Positions 45,961-55,714 of a stretch of DNA of 64,000 bases are shown here, one piece after another. The stretch's first letter is position 1. The number at the start of each line of letters is the position of its first letter. The notes below the pieces were generated by a model. It made no database searches and had not been told where the DNA came from. It was given only the letters and a program-made list of their open reading frames with translations. Position numbers and translations under genes: made by a program. Source of the stretch: a virus; IMG/VR virus record IMGVR_UViG_3300028840_005911, positions 96,001 through 160,000 of that record. One strand, given 5' to 3'.

Positions 45961-46563
45961 CTAGTAGCCGTAGCCGGGTTGAGGTGTTGGTTGAGATCCC
46001 AGCATGTAGGCGCCGAGACCAATCGGCACAGAAGCGCCAATTGCCACGTTCAGTGGGTTGATCTTCCTGCCGCCCTTCCCCATGACCCACTTGCTCTTGC
46101 CAGAGACAACTTTCGGGACCCCTCCCAGCTGCCACTGGCTAGTGCCGGTCGCAACGCCCGGCTTCATCCCGAGTCTCTGAGCATAGGTACCGAGTCTCTT
46201 CTTCAGGATGCCTGCCCCAGCCTTCAGCCCACGGCCGATACCGAGGCTCCCGAGACCTTTCAAGAGGGCGATTCCGGCATTCTTCTCGATCTCATCCGCC
46301 CAGTTGACGTAGAACTCTGCGAGCTCGTTGCTGCCGGCCATCTTCTGGAGGCCGTCGAAGTTGCTTGCGACCTCATAGGCCAGGTCCCAAGGCTCCTTGC
46401 CGATCCCATAGGCCAGCTTGACGAACTTGGGGGTGAGAGCTCCGGACTCCCATTCCTCCCGCTCGAGGTCGTAGAGATACTGCACCTCTGCAGTCTTCTC
46501 CATTGGAGGTCCGCAGAGGTCGAACAAAGTGTTCAGGTTCTGGACCAGGCTTTCAGAGTTCAT
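45961..46563 (-). CDS. putative virion protein
   Basis: EKTA, KMA, DEIEKNAG motifs; C-terminal hydrophobic segment. Confidence 0.55.
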   Translation of the reverse strand: MNSESLVQNLNTLFDLCGPPMEKTAEVQYLYDLEREEWESGALTPKFVKLAYGIGKEPWDLAYEVASNFDGLQKMAGSNELAEFYVNWADEIEKNAGIALLKGLGSLGIGRGLKAGAGILKKRLGTYAQRLGMKPGVATGTSQWQLGGVPKVVSGKSKWVMGKGGRKINPLNVAIGASVPIGLGAYMLGSQPTPQPGYGY

Positions 46564-46716
46564 GGTACACCTCTACGGGATCCAGTAAAACAGGACCCAC
46601 TGGCCGTCTTTCTCGATGATCTTGACGATGTTGGCCGTGGCGACTGGCTCATCGTTGATGAACTCCACCATGGCATCGGCAGTCGCAAAGTGTACATGCG
46701 CAAGCATGGCTCCTCC

Positions 46717-47208
46717 TTACCACGGGCCCAAGAGGTTGTTGACGTAGGCGTATTCGGAGTGTAGCCCGTCGCCATCCAACGCCCATTCGATGTTGAGAGC
46801 CTGGAGGGCCCTGAGCTTCTTCTGCTCGTAGTTGTTCTTGAACAGCTGAAGAGCAGCCTGGATCATCTGGGGGTTCTCCGTCTGCACGTTGATCCCACCA
46901 TCCGAGTACGCCAGGTAATTCCTCATGTGGAGGATCATCAGGGACTCGAGAAGGGAGATGACCACCCCACGGATGAAAAGACCCCTCCAGTTTCTCTCCA
47001 TGAGAGTGTCGAGGTCAGATATCAGAAAGGGTGGGGTCGATGACCAGTCACTGACCGCGTCCAGAATAGCCCATGCAATATGCCTATTGCTGTGGTCCAC
47101 CCCCTCAGTCAGCCGGTTGAGTTCCGGAAAGTCTCGAAGAAATAACCGTACATCACCGATCAGAGTCCGAGTGTGGGGGCTGTTCAGGATATCCTGTACC
47201 CCGGCCAC
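46717..47208 (-). CDS. putative head-tail adaptor
   Basis: helical 163-aa protein, VRLFLRD..ELN.L...Y.DGG; position after the capsid genes. Confidence 0.55.
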   Translation of the reverse strand: MAGVQDILNSPHTRTLIGDVRLFLRDFPELNRLTEGVDHSNRHIAWAILDAVSDWSSTPPFLISDLDTLMERNWRGLFIRGVVISLLESLMILHMRNYLAYSDGGINVQTENPQMIQAALQLFKNNYEQKKLRALQALNIEWALDGDGLHSEYAYVNNLLGPW

Positions 47209-47664
47209 TTACTCCTCCTTCTCCTCTTCCTTCTTCTTGCCACGGCCCCGCCGCTTCGGCTTCTCTTCAACCTTCTCCTCAGGCTTCTCTTCGCTGGCCT
47301 CGAGGATCTCGGGAACTTCCTCGGTCGTCTTCTCCTCGACCTTGGGCTCCTCTTTTGGGGCCTCTTCGGGCTTCTCCTCCTGAGGCTCCTCCGCCTTGGT
47401 CTCTAGAAGAGCACCGTGAGCGAAGACACCGTTCAAGGGCTTCTCAGCCTTGGGAGGCTTCCTGGCCTTCAGGTAGTCTTCTGGGGGAGTCTCACCGAGG
47501 TGAGCCAGGCCGGCGGCGACTTCCTTCATGAGCTTGCGGGGGTTCTTGAGGGCCTCGTCGGGGACACGAACGAAACGACCCGGAGCCACTGAGCGGCCAT
47601 AGAGGAAGAGGTTCTGTGCCTCCACATCGGTCTCGGGATGGTCTGAAATGTTCCATACCTTCAT
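47209..47664 (-). CDS. hypothetical protein with a Glu/Lys-rich tail
   Basis: small N-domain plus low-complexity EEKPE repeats. Confidence 0.65.
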   Translation of the reverse strand: MKVWNISDHPETDVEAQNLFLYGRSVAPGRFVRVPDEALKNPRKLMKEVAAGLAHLGETPPEDYLKARKPPKAEKPLNGVFAHGALLETKAEEPQEEKPEEAPKEEPKVEEKTTEEVPEILEASEEKPEEKVEEKPKRRGRGKKKEEEKEE

Positions 47665-47667
47665 GCT

Positions 47668-48153
47668 CTACTCCTCTTCGTCGGGCTCCATGAGTGCGTC
47701 GATGATCTCGCCCTTGGTCTTGTAGTCCTCGGGGTCGAGTCCGTATTCCTCTGCGAGCTCGTCCAGCTCCTCACGCTTCATCTTCTTGAGAAGCGCTTCG
47801 TCGAGGAACTCGGCATCATGCTCACCGGCGTCATCTTCGCCTTCAGGTTCCTTCTCGGGTTCCTTTTCGGGGGCCTTGGCTGCCACCTTCCCGCCGGCCA
47901 TCTTGATCAGATCGTCAGCGGTGAGCTCGGCACCGGTCTCCGTGGAGACGACGGAGATCCACATCTCCTCAATGCCTTCACACAGCTTCTCCAGGTTGGC
48001 CTTCAGGGCACCCTCGTCGAGCTCGGTGCCACGACGTCCGCGACGGCGGATACGGGTACCATCCTCGAGCAGGAAACCGGTCCTTCTACCGGAACGGAGG
48101 ACCCGCGCAGTCCTGCTGATCTTCTTGTGGGCCAAGTTCGTTACTAGGATCAT
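47668..48153 (-). CDS. protein with a C-terminal HeH/Rho-N-like DNA-binding module
   Basis: KMKREELDELAEEYGL...KTKGEIIDAL. Confidence 0.65.
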   Translation of the reverse strand: MILVTNLAHKKISRTARVLRSGRRTGFLLEDGTRIRRRGRRGTELDEGALKANLEKLCEGIEEMWISVVSTETGAELTADDLIKMAGGKVAAKAPEKEPEKEPEGEDDAGEHDAEFLDEALLKKMKREELDELAEEYGLDPEDYKTKGEIIDALMEPDEEE

Positions 48154-48172
48154 GGGAGTCCTCCGGACAATC

Positions 48173-48230
48173 GAGGTTGAGTCCTGGCCACGGAGGATGG
48201 AGGCCTTACCCGCAACCAGGACTCAACCTC
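48173..48230 (-). other. long hairpin downstream of the major capsid gene
   Basis: GAGGTTGAGTCCTGG/CCAGGACTCAACCTC 15-bp perfect stem. Confidence 0.7.
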
Positions 48231-48259
48231 AATCAGGTTGGTGTCTCAGTCAGCTTCCC

Positions 48260-49384
48260 CTAGTACTGCTGCACTGCGGGGAAATGCAACCCGTCATCTA
48301 CCCTGTTGTTGATGGCACCGAGGTCCTCCTCAGCGCTCGGAATCTTGGCCTCGAACCCGGTGTCGGTGGCCGTGGGGCGAACCGAACCGCGATAGAGCTC
48401 GAGCTTCCGGCAGGAGGCGATGTTGATGATGCCGATTGCGATGTCCTCCCAGCTCTGCCAGGTGATGACGTTCGCGATCTTGTCGATGTAGAACTTCGTG
48501 TTGTTCAGGATGTAGAACTTCCCGAAGAACTGCGGAGCGGTGAACACGTACACGTTGCCGGTACGCAGGATGTCCGTCTTCACTGTGCGGATCACCTTGC
48601 GGCCGAGCAGGGTGTTGTACTTGTACCCGTCCACGACGGTCTCGCTCTGGATGCGGTCACCGAAGTCCTCGACGGTCCACTGGAGCACATCGTCGTGGTC
48701 CCCCTCGGTCAGGAGAACGCGCTCGCTGCGCAGACGATTGTTGTCCAGGAGCTTGAAGAGGTTCACGAAGTCCGGGCGCTGGATCGGACGAACGGTGAAG
48801 TCCGTACCGTCAGCCGCCAGGGCCAGCTCACCCTTGACCACGGAGACCACCTGCGCGTTGACATTGCCGGCGCGGATGTTGGTGGCGTTGTACTCCACGG
48901 TGGTCGTGGTGTTGGTCTCGGTCTGCAGAGCCTGCACACCGGCCTCGATGTGGCGCAGGAACTCGCGGTCCTCGATCTCCTGGATGTCCTTCACCGTGTT
49001 GTCCTCGATGACCTTGGTGATGGGCATCTCGTAGGCGAGGAGCTCCTGCTCGGGCTTCTCGAACTTCTCCGAGCTGATGGTGAAGAAGGGGACTTCGGCC
49101 TTGGGCGCACGCACGAAGCGGGCGGTAGGCTGGCTGCGGAAGTCAATCGCCATGGCGCGGGACTGGGGTTCCACGTCGACGATCTTCACCAGGGTGTCGT
49201 GGTTGGTGCTGCGCTGGCAGTCCGTTCGGGTCACCTGCTCGGGGGGCAGGATGTGACGGCTGAACGCCACTTCGCGCAGTCGGTCACGAATCCACGATCC
49301 GCCCAGCTCGGCGGTTTTGTCCTTGCCTTCCTGAGAGTCGAGTCTCTGATTGAAGAGCTCGATTGCTGCTTGTACCATACTCAT
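48260..49384 (-). CDS. major capsid protein (HK97-fold)
   Basis: 374 aa, strongly biased codon usage, follows decoration- and scaffold-like genes; KDIQEIEDREF spine-helix-like motif. Confidence 0.8.
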   Translation of the reverse strand: MSMVQAAIELFNQRLDSQEGKDKTAELGGSWIRDRLREVAFSRHILPPEQVTRTDCQRSTNHDTLVKIVDVEPQSRAMAIDFRSQPTARFVRAPKAEVPFFTISSEKFEKPEQELLAYEMPITKVIEDNTVKDIQEIEDREFLRHIEAGVQALQTETNTTTTVEYNATNIRAGNVNAQVVSVVKGELALAADGTDFTVRPIQRPDFVNLFKLLDNNRLRSERVLLTEGDHDDVLQWTVEDFGDRIQSETVVDGYKYNTLLGRKVIRTVKTDILRTGNVYVFTAPQFFGKFYILNNTKFYIDKIANVITWQSWEDIAIGIINIASCRKLELYRGSVRPTATDTGFEAKIPSAEEDLGAINNRVDDGLHFPAVQQY

Positions 49385-49406
49385 GACTATTCTCCTTTCT
49401 TTCTCA

Positions 49407-49883
49407 CTAGCCGTGGAAGGCGGACACGAACCGCAGCCAGCCGTTGTTGTTGGCCGGCAGGCGGGTCACGTAGCCCACGACAAAGCCGGCACTCTGCTCG
49501 GCCAGGCCGCGACGGATGATGCCTGCACCACCGAGGTCGAGGTCGAAGACCGCCAGCTGATCGCCGATGGCCAGACCGGTGGAGTCCATGACCTTGGTCT
49601 CGGCCTCGTACATGGTCATGTACAGGATCGGACCCTTGCCAAGGGCCTGGGTCTCGTAGCGGCCCCGTTCCGCGAAGTACGCGAAGGAGGGGACCGTGGC
49701 CTCGTCGGTCATGTCGCCCGCATTGTCACCGCCGCGATCCATCTTGTAGGCGGTGTCCAGCTGGAGCCACTCACCCTCGATGAGGGGGCGTACGTTGTCG
49801 GGGTTGAGAATCGCCGGCGTAGCCATCTCGAAAGACCGGCGATGGATGTTCTGGAACTCACTGATGAGTTTGAAGTAGTTCAT
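49407..49883 (-). CDS. putative head decoration/cement protein
   Basis: 158-aa beta-rich gene directly upstream of the MCP. Confidence 0.6.
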   Translation of the reverse strand: MNYFKLISEFQNIHRRSFEMATPAILNPDNVRPLIEGEWLQLDTAYKMDRGGDNAGDMTDEATVPSFAYFAERGRYETQALGKGPILYMTMYEAETKVMDSTGLAIGDQLAVFDLDLGGAGIIRRGLAEQSAGFVVGYVTRLPANNNGWLRFVSAFHG

Positions 49884-49914
49884 TTTCTATTCCTCCGTTT
49901 CTTTGTTTCCTGTC

Positions 49915-50262
49915 CTATCGAGGGTCTTCGCCGGTCATGACGAAATGCTCGAAGGGGTGGGTTCCGTTGCCGGGGATCTCGGACAGCCCGAACATATTCG
50001 ACTGAGGAGAGGCCAGCTTGATGGCTTCCTCGGTGACGTCCAGGTTCTCGACCTCCTTGAGAGCAGCAACCTTCGCTTCGATGGTGAGCTCGTCATTGAG
50101 GCCTTTCTCCTCCATCTCTTGAGCAATCTTGACGATCCGCTCGTCCCGCTCCTTGGCAGCGATCTTCTCCTTGAGATCCCTGTTCTCGTCGACGAGATTG
50201 CGAATCGCGGCCCCTGCCTGCTTCAGAAGGGCCTTGGCTTTCTGGGAACTGATCTTTTCCAT
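49915..50262 (-). CDS. scaffold-like helical protein
   Basis: coiled coil; KQA/KIA/KLA motifs. Confidence 0.55.
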   Translation of the reverse strand: MEKISSQKAKALLKQAGAAIRNLVDENRDLKEKIAAKERDERIVKIAQEMEEKGLNDELTIEAKVAALKEVENLDVTEEAIKLASPQSNMFGLSEIPGNGTHPFEHFVMTGEDPR

Positions 50263-50288
50263 CTTAGTCCTCCTAAACGGCGTTGGGC

Positions 50289-51761
50289 CTACATTTGACC
50301 AGTCGGAGGCATCGGGGGAGCTGCAGCAGGAGCTCCGGCGGGAGCCGCCGCAGGTGCCGCACCGGCCGGAGGCATCGCAGGCGGTGCCATCGGAGGGGGT
50401 GCTGCTTGACCTGTAGCAGGCGGAGCGCCGGCGATCATGCTCTCCTTCTCTGCCTCTGACATCTGCTGGGACTCTCCTTCCGCCGCTGCGTCCGCGATGG
50501 CCTGTGCGGCAACCATCTCTTCGGGAGATGCCTCACCTGCCATACTGGCCTCTTCAGGGGTGAGATCCGCCCCTTCGGCCATCTTCACCAGGACCCCGAT
50601 CTTCTTCTTGATGTCGGGATCGGATGCAGCGAGCTTCTTGAGAAGTTCCCGTGCCGCTGAAATCTTCACACCTGCTTCCTGGGTGTTATCCAGCGACTCG
50701 TGAAGTGTCTTGTCATGGGTCTTGGACATGGCCGGCTCGGTGAGAACCTCTGCCAGCTGACCCTTGTTCTGCTGTTTGGCCTGGCCCTTGGTAGCGTCGA
50801 TGGCGGCATCGTTGCTACCGACCAGCTCACGGCCTCCACCGGCGCCTTCGGTCGGGGCTGCCTCACGAGGAGTCAGCTCACCAGCCTCGGAGCCCTGGGA
50901 CTGTGCCGGGGGGACGCCAGCCGGGGACTGAAGGTCCGGGGTGGTTCCGCCCTCGATGGCGTGTCCCTGTTGGCCGATCTTGGCCGGGTTGATGGCGTCT
51001 TCGGCCAGCTTGCCGAGCAGGGCCTCAGCAACGTTCTTGGGAACGTGGCCCTCTTCTGCCATCTTCTCGGTGAACTCGGAGGCCTTCTTCAGGGTCCCAC
51101 CACCTGCGGTCTCGGCACCAGGCTTCTTGGGGTCCTGAACAGCAGACACCTGCATGGCCTTCTGTGCCATCGCGGGGGTGATCTGCTTGCCTTCCTTCTC
51201 GAGGACCTCACGGACTTTGGCCTGGGCCTGCTTGAGGACATCCTCAGGCTGCTCGGCCATCATCATCTCTTTGTTGGTCTCGAGGGCGTTGGGGGCGTCG
51301 GCCGGGTTCGGCTTCTCCGACGGGGCGACCGCCTTCGGGCTCTGATGGCCCGGGGTGGCCTCGCCACTCTCGCCGGCGTCCAGGGAAGTCCCAGGGGCGT
51401 CGGCCTGTTCTGCCTTCATGGCAGTTCCGGGCCCGCCGGGCAGAGGCGCCCCGCTGTCCAGGGGCGGATTCTGAGGAATCTCGTCCTGGGCCGCCTTGAG
51501 GAGCTCCTCGTGGACGGTTGCGTACTCGGCCAGCTTCTCTTCGGCAGAGCGGTCGTCGATGACTTCGTGGAGATGGTCCGCCAGGTAGTCACATCCCTCG
51601 GCGATCTTCATGATCTCGTCGAGGTCGGCCTCCTGGGGATTCTCTTGAGCAGCGACTTTCTCCTCTGCCTCCCCGCCCGTTTCAGCCTCAGCTGTCTTGA
51701 GCATAGACTTCGAGCTGGCGAGGACCTGGCTGACCATTTCCATGATGGAAGTATTACTCAT
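50289..51761 (-). CDS. scaffold/core-like acidic Ala/Pro-rich protein
   Basis: at least 10 KxA motifs; low complexity. Confidence 0.55.
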   Translation of the reverse strand: MSNTSIMEMVSQVLASSKSMLKTAEAETGGEAEEKVAAQENPQEADLDEIMKIAEGCDYLADHLHEVIDDRSAEEKLAEYATVHEELLKAAQDEIPQNPPLDSGAPLPGGPGTAMKAEQADAPGTSLDAGESGEATPGHQSPKAVAPSEKPNPADAPNALETNKEMMMAEQPEDVLKQAQAKVREVLEKEGKQITPAMAQKAMQVSAVQDPKKPGAETAGGGTLKKASEFTEKMAEEGHVPKNVAEALLGKLAEDAINPAKIGQQGHAIEGGTTPDLQSPAGVPPAQSQGSEAGELTPREAAPTEGAGGGRELVGSNDAAIDATKGQAKQQNKGQLAEVLTEPAMSKTHDKTLHESLDNTQEAGVKISAARELLKKLAASDPDIKKKIGVLVKMAEGADLTPEEASMAGEASPEEMVAAQAIADAAAEGESQQMSEAEKESMIAGAPPATGQAAPPPMAPPAMPPAGAAPAAAPAGAPAAAPPMPPTGQM

Positions 51762-51773
51762 TTTTCGGTCTCC

Positions 51774-52037
51774 TTAGGTTCTCACCGGGGGCGGGGTAAC
51801 CGCTTTGCTCTGTGCAGCTGTACCTTGCGCCGCCCTTGGTGGTTGCGAGTTCACTACGGTGTAGTTTGTTGACTTCACTTCGGACTTCAAAGAGGTAGAG
51901 GGCTTCTGTCCGGTGGTGACGGTGGCCGGCTTCGTCGGAGAGGAAACAGCAATATTTGACGTAACAGGACCAATGGCCTTGTTCGCCGCTATCTTTGTCA
52001 GCTCATCCATGAACGAAGCCAGCATCACACTGTCCAT
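51774..52037 (-). CDS. small putative head cargo protein
   Basis: N-terminal FMDELTKIA. Confidence 0.6.
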   Translation of the reverse strand: MDSVMLASFMDELTKIAANKAIGPVTSNIAVSSPTKPATVTTGQKPSTSLKSEVKSTNYTVVNSQPPRAAQGTAAQSKAVTPPPVRT

Positions 52038-52055
52038 CTCTACCTCTCGGAGGTC

Positions 52056-52841
52056 TTACTCGGAGTCCTGCAGGAATCCATGCTCACCGAGCATTTCCCA
52101 GGCACGCTTCTCGACGGCCGCCGCCAGCTTCTCCTCGTCGGTGGCCTCGGTCTCGACGTCGTAGCCCGCCTCCTTCAGGATCGCGACGGCGCGCTCCTCA
52201 GCCAGCTTGTCCAGGAAGTCCACGGAACTCTTCTTCGACATGGCTGCGCCAGCACCCAGGCCAGCGAGACCAGCAGCACCGGCAGCCTCCGCCTTCGGGA
52301 CCTCTCCCAGGGCGCCCAGGATACGCTCCTTGGCGCTGCGGCCGACCTGACCACCGCTGCGGCCCGGCTTCGACCACTTTCCAGCGGCCTCGGCCACCGG
52401 GGCGTAGCGACCCTTGATGGCCTTGAGTACCTTGCCCCCCACCGCCTTGACTGCCTCGCCCTTGCCGGCGGACTTCTCGATGGTGGCCAGCTCGTCGACG
52501 TAGGCGTGGGCCATCTGGCGCCCGAGGAAGTCGGCCTGAGCCATCTTCTCTTCGACGCTCTCCTCTTCCTCCTTCTTCTCTTCCTTCTTCTCCTTGGGAG
52601 GCGCCTCCTCGGAGGTCTCCTGGGCGACCTTCACGATGGCGCTGTCATCGCCGAAGACGGCGTGGGCGACCTTCATGATGGTGTCATCGCTCAGGCTCTC
52701 GATGTCGTAGCCCTCTCCGGCCACGAGCTCGTTCAGAAGCTGGGCTTCCTCGAGGATCTGTGCCTCTGCCAGCTTCTCGGCATCCTCAGAGATGCCGATG
52801 TTCTTGTGAGTGTTGTACATCTCGGCAAGAAACGGATTCAT
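52056..52841 (-). CDS. scaffold/core-like protein
   Basis: helical, many KxA motifs, YVDELATIEKSAG. Confidence 0.55.
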   Translation of the reverse strand: MNPFLAEMYNTHKNIGISEDAEKLAEAQILEEAQLLNELVAGEGYDIESLSDDTIMKVAHAVFGDDSAIVKVAQETSEEAPPKEKKEEKKEEEESVEEKMAQADFLGRQMAHAYVDELATIEKSAGKGEAVKAVGGKVLKAIKGRYAPVAEAAGKWSKPGRSGGQVGRSAKERILGALGEVPKAEAAGAAGLAGLGAGAAMSKKSSVDFLDKLAEERAVAILKEAGYDVETEATDEEKLAAAVEKRAWEMLGEHGFLQDSE

Positions 52842-52906
52842 GTTGTTCTCCTCTTACAAGAGTTTTGAGTTTATTCCTACGGCACTTCGCAAAGGCTGAA
52901 CTCCTC

Positions 52907-55714
52907 TCATGCCGATGTTCCACGAACGATTCGACCGCCGGCCTGCTCGAGCTCCTGGGCAGCTTGCTGAGCCTGCGGAGTCTTCATGATCTGACGGATT
53001 GCCGCTGCCCCACCCATTGCGGTCAGCCAGGGGTGATCCGCAATGAGCTTCGAGAGGATATTCAGATCCTCCCCTTGCTGAGCTTCTCCACGGAGGTGTG
53101 CAGAGTACATGAGGGTCAAGGGGATGGACCCCAACACGGCAAGGATAGTATTCCTGTCCGGGACCCGGATACCGCCTCGTAGAGCTGGTGGCAATTGAAT
53201 TTCCCCTACCTTGAAAATGTCGCTGTCCCTCATGTCGTAAAGACCGGCCTGTAGCTCCGGCTCTTCCGAAATGATCTCGGGTGCGTATGTCGCAGCCTTT
53301 ATCATCTCTCGTCGATACCAATTGTAAGCGGACGAAACTTTGGAGAGAAGGGGAGACTTGGAAATTTTCTCCGATACGTCCCTTTTTGGGGCAATGGTTA
53401 TGCGAACCACACGCCGTTCCATCACCGGCTGCGCGTAGGACCTCTCCTCCAAAAAGGGGAGAAGTTTCCGCATGAGGTCCTTTAGGAAATATTGAGGGCC
53501 GAGCTGGTCGCATAGGGGTGTTTCTCCAGAAGCGGGTCCGAATATCTCTCCCCGCCTGCCGAAGTGATCAGCGAGTCCTTTCTGACCCAGGCTGACCAGA
53601 ATGATTCTCTGGAACTCCCTTGGACGGAGCACCATCCCCATAAGAGATGGCGTTGAGAGCGCACTTCGTAGGTCACCTTTTCCAAGCTCATCCAACACCT
53701 CTATCGGAAGGTCGGGTTCCCTCTCAGCCAGCAGCGGGGAAACTTTCCCTATCGCCGCCTCCGGGCCGATTTCTTTTACTATCTCAGCCCACTTTTTGTG
53801 GGAAGCCAGCTTGAAAGGATTGATGGCCGCTGTCTTTTCCATGTTAGAGAAGCTGTCACCGAGGCCGGAGCCCACATGGTAGGTCTCTTCTCCACTCACC
53901 TTGTTCCTCCAGATCCTTTCCCGGCGGACGGGCTTCTTTGAGGAAAATAGGTCCTCGAGCTTGATATCCGCAGCTATCTTCTCCAAGGATGCCACCTTCT
54001 CACCCTTAACCTCTCCCTTGATAACCTTCTTGAAGGTCGTCATCGGCATGATGGTCATGGACCTGAAGAACTTTGGGCTGTCGTAGTGCTTCAGATAGGC
54101 ACCCTTAGCCTCCTCCGGGGAGTTGAAGCCCAGCATGGCCTTGTCCTCATCGTACTTCCCAGTCTTGACGAAGTTCTGGTGGACGATATACGCGAACTTG
54201 GCCTTGGGGTTCGGGCCTAGGTAGACGTCCAGGCGGTCCTTGTCGGTCCCCTTCGTGCCCAGGATCTCGCCGTAGGCGTTGATCATCTTCGTCTTCCAAC
54301 CCTTACCCTCACGAACACTGCCAGGCTTGTTCTCGATGTAGATCTTCAGCCCTTGGAAGACCGCAGTACCTTCGTAGGGGTACTCCTTCCTGTTTGGGGT
54401 CGGAGGCGGGCCGATCTTGATGGCCGCCGTCTTCTCGTCTTTCCCCTCGAAAAGGGGGCAGACGCCTCCAAGCTCGATTGGACCGTCCACCAGATCACAT
54501 CCCTGCGGCTCTATGAAGTGCTCGCAAACCCCGCACCTCTTGTTCTTGTCAGTCTCCGAGGTCGGCATATATCCGGCCTCATCTTTGCTATAGGGAGGGG
54601 TGGTACTGGTCTGGGCCACCTTCATAGGCGGGGTAAAAGGGTCCTCGATTTGGGTTTCTGATCCGTGTTTTGTGAGTATGAATCGTGCAAGGTTCTTGCT
54701 GAGGTTCATCCTCTTAGCCACGGTCCTGAGATCCTCGGTAGAGACTTCCTTCGAGGCCGGGGGTGGAGGAGCCAACTTCTCGATCTTGACCTTCCCCTTG
54801 CCATCTGTCTCGAGCCCGCTGACCAGGTAGTGTTTCTTCGGTTCACCGGTAGCTTCACGAGCCTTCTCAATCTTGAAGGAGGATACGGAGGCGGCTTTCA
54901 TGAGTCCCTCCTCGGGCATTGGTCCGTACAGATGGTCGGCATCCACAATCGATTGTGGGAGATGCTCGACAGAAGCCAGCTTAGACATAACCCAGGAGGT
55001 CTTGTCTGCTCCGATGAAGACGAAGCTGATATCGAAGAACCTGGGGTACGGGTTGTCCACCGATACCTGCCTGCCGTCAGGAAAGATGTGGCCCATCCCA
55101 TATTTCTTGATATGGATGCAGTAATCCTTACGTGTCTTGGATTTGTTCCCACAGATCTCGCAGATGTCGTACGGCGTCCTGCAGCCCATCGATGTCGAAG
55201 GATAGTGACCGTCGTCTATCTTGGCTACTACCTCTGCAGCGCCATTGCACAGGGCCTTGTCTCTGTTGACCAGAACAACTAGTTCGACGCGCTTCATAGC
55301 CGGGTTGAGACAAGCCACTTGGATGGTGCCGAAGGCTCTGTTGGGATCTTTATTGCGGTGGTGAGCAAAAGCGTGAGCTGTATAGAATGTCCAATACCCG
55401 TAGGGAGGGATTATCTTGTTGGTGAAGTCGTCTATTCCGTGGTCTTTCGGACCATGGGTACGGCAGTCGTGCTCCAGTACGGGCCACCTGAACCGGTCGC
55501 CGTTGACGTTACTCCCGTAGTACTCTGATGCGCCGAGGGCGTTCACCAAGAGAGCGATGTTCTCCATGTCTGACTTGTAGGTGCCAAGCCAGTCTTGGAT
55601 CTCCGGCATGACCGGACCGGCCAGCTTCTTGATAGACTGCCCCGGCCGGAAGATCTGCACGAGCGGCTCCCCGTCTGGAGCTACGCCCGAAAATGTGGAG
55701 AGCTTGGTCAGCAT
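52907..55714 (-). CDS. prohead protease fused to HiPIP-like and inorganic-pyrophosphatase-like domains
   Basis: aa ~50-245: HH.N...SMGC...C.ICGN...C.H...FFDISFV..GAD; aa 372-425: C-x2-C-x8-C-x12-C; aa 445-566: IENKPGS.R...YG.I.GT.G.D.D.LDVYLG...DEDK.MLGF. Confidence 0.72.
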   Translation of the reverse strand: MLTKLSTFSGVAPDGEPLVQIFRPGQSIKKLAGPVMPEIQDWLGTYKSDMENIALLVNALGASEYYGSNVNGDRFRWPVLEHDCRTHGPKDHGIDDFTNKIIPPYGYWTFYTAHAFAHHRNKDPNRAFGTIQVACLNPAMKRVELVVLVNRDKALCNGAAEVVAKIDDGHYPSTSMGCRTPYDICEICGNKSKTRKDYCIHIKKYGMGHIFPDGRQVSVDNPYPRFFDISFVFIGADKTSWVMSKLASVEHLPQSIVDADHLYGPMPEEGLMKAASVSSFKIEKAREATGEPKKHYLVSGLETDGKGKVKIEKLAPPPPASKEVSTEDLRTVAKRMNLSKNLARFILTKHGSETQIEDPFTPPMKVAQTSTTPPYSKDEAGYMPTSETDKNKRCGVCEHFIEPQGCDLVDGPIELGGVCPLFEGKDEKTAAIKIGPPPTPNRKEYPYEGTAVFQGLKIYIENKPGSVREGKGWKTKMINAYGEILGTKGTDKDRLDVYLGPNPKAKFAYIVHQNFVKTGKYDEDKAMLGFNSPEEAKGAYLKHYDSPKFFRSMTIMPMTTFKKVIKGEVKGEKVASLEKIAADIKLEDLFSSKKPVRRERIWRNKVSGEETYHVGSGLGDSFSNMEKTAAINPFKLASHKKWAEIVKEIGPEAAIGKVSPLLAEREPDLPIEVLDELGKGDLRSALSTPSLMGMVLRPREFQRIILVSLGQKGLADHFGRRGEIFGPASGETPLCDQLGPQYFLKDLMRKLLPFLEERSYAQPVMERRVVRITIAPKRDVSEKISKSPLLSKVSSAYNWYRREMIKAATYAPEIISEEPELQAGLYDMRDSDIFKVGEIQLPPALRGGIRVPDRNTILAVLGSIPLTLMYSAHLRGEAQQGEDLNILSKLIADHPWLTAMGGAAAIRQIMKTPQAQQAAQELEQAGGRIVRGTSA

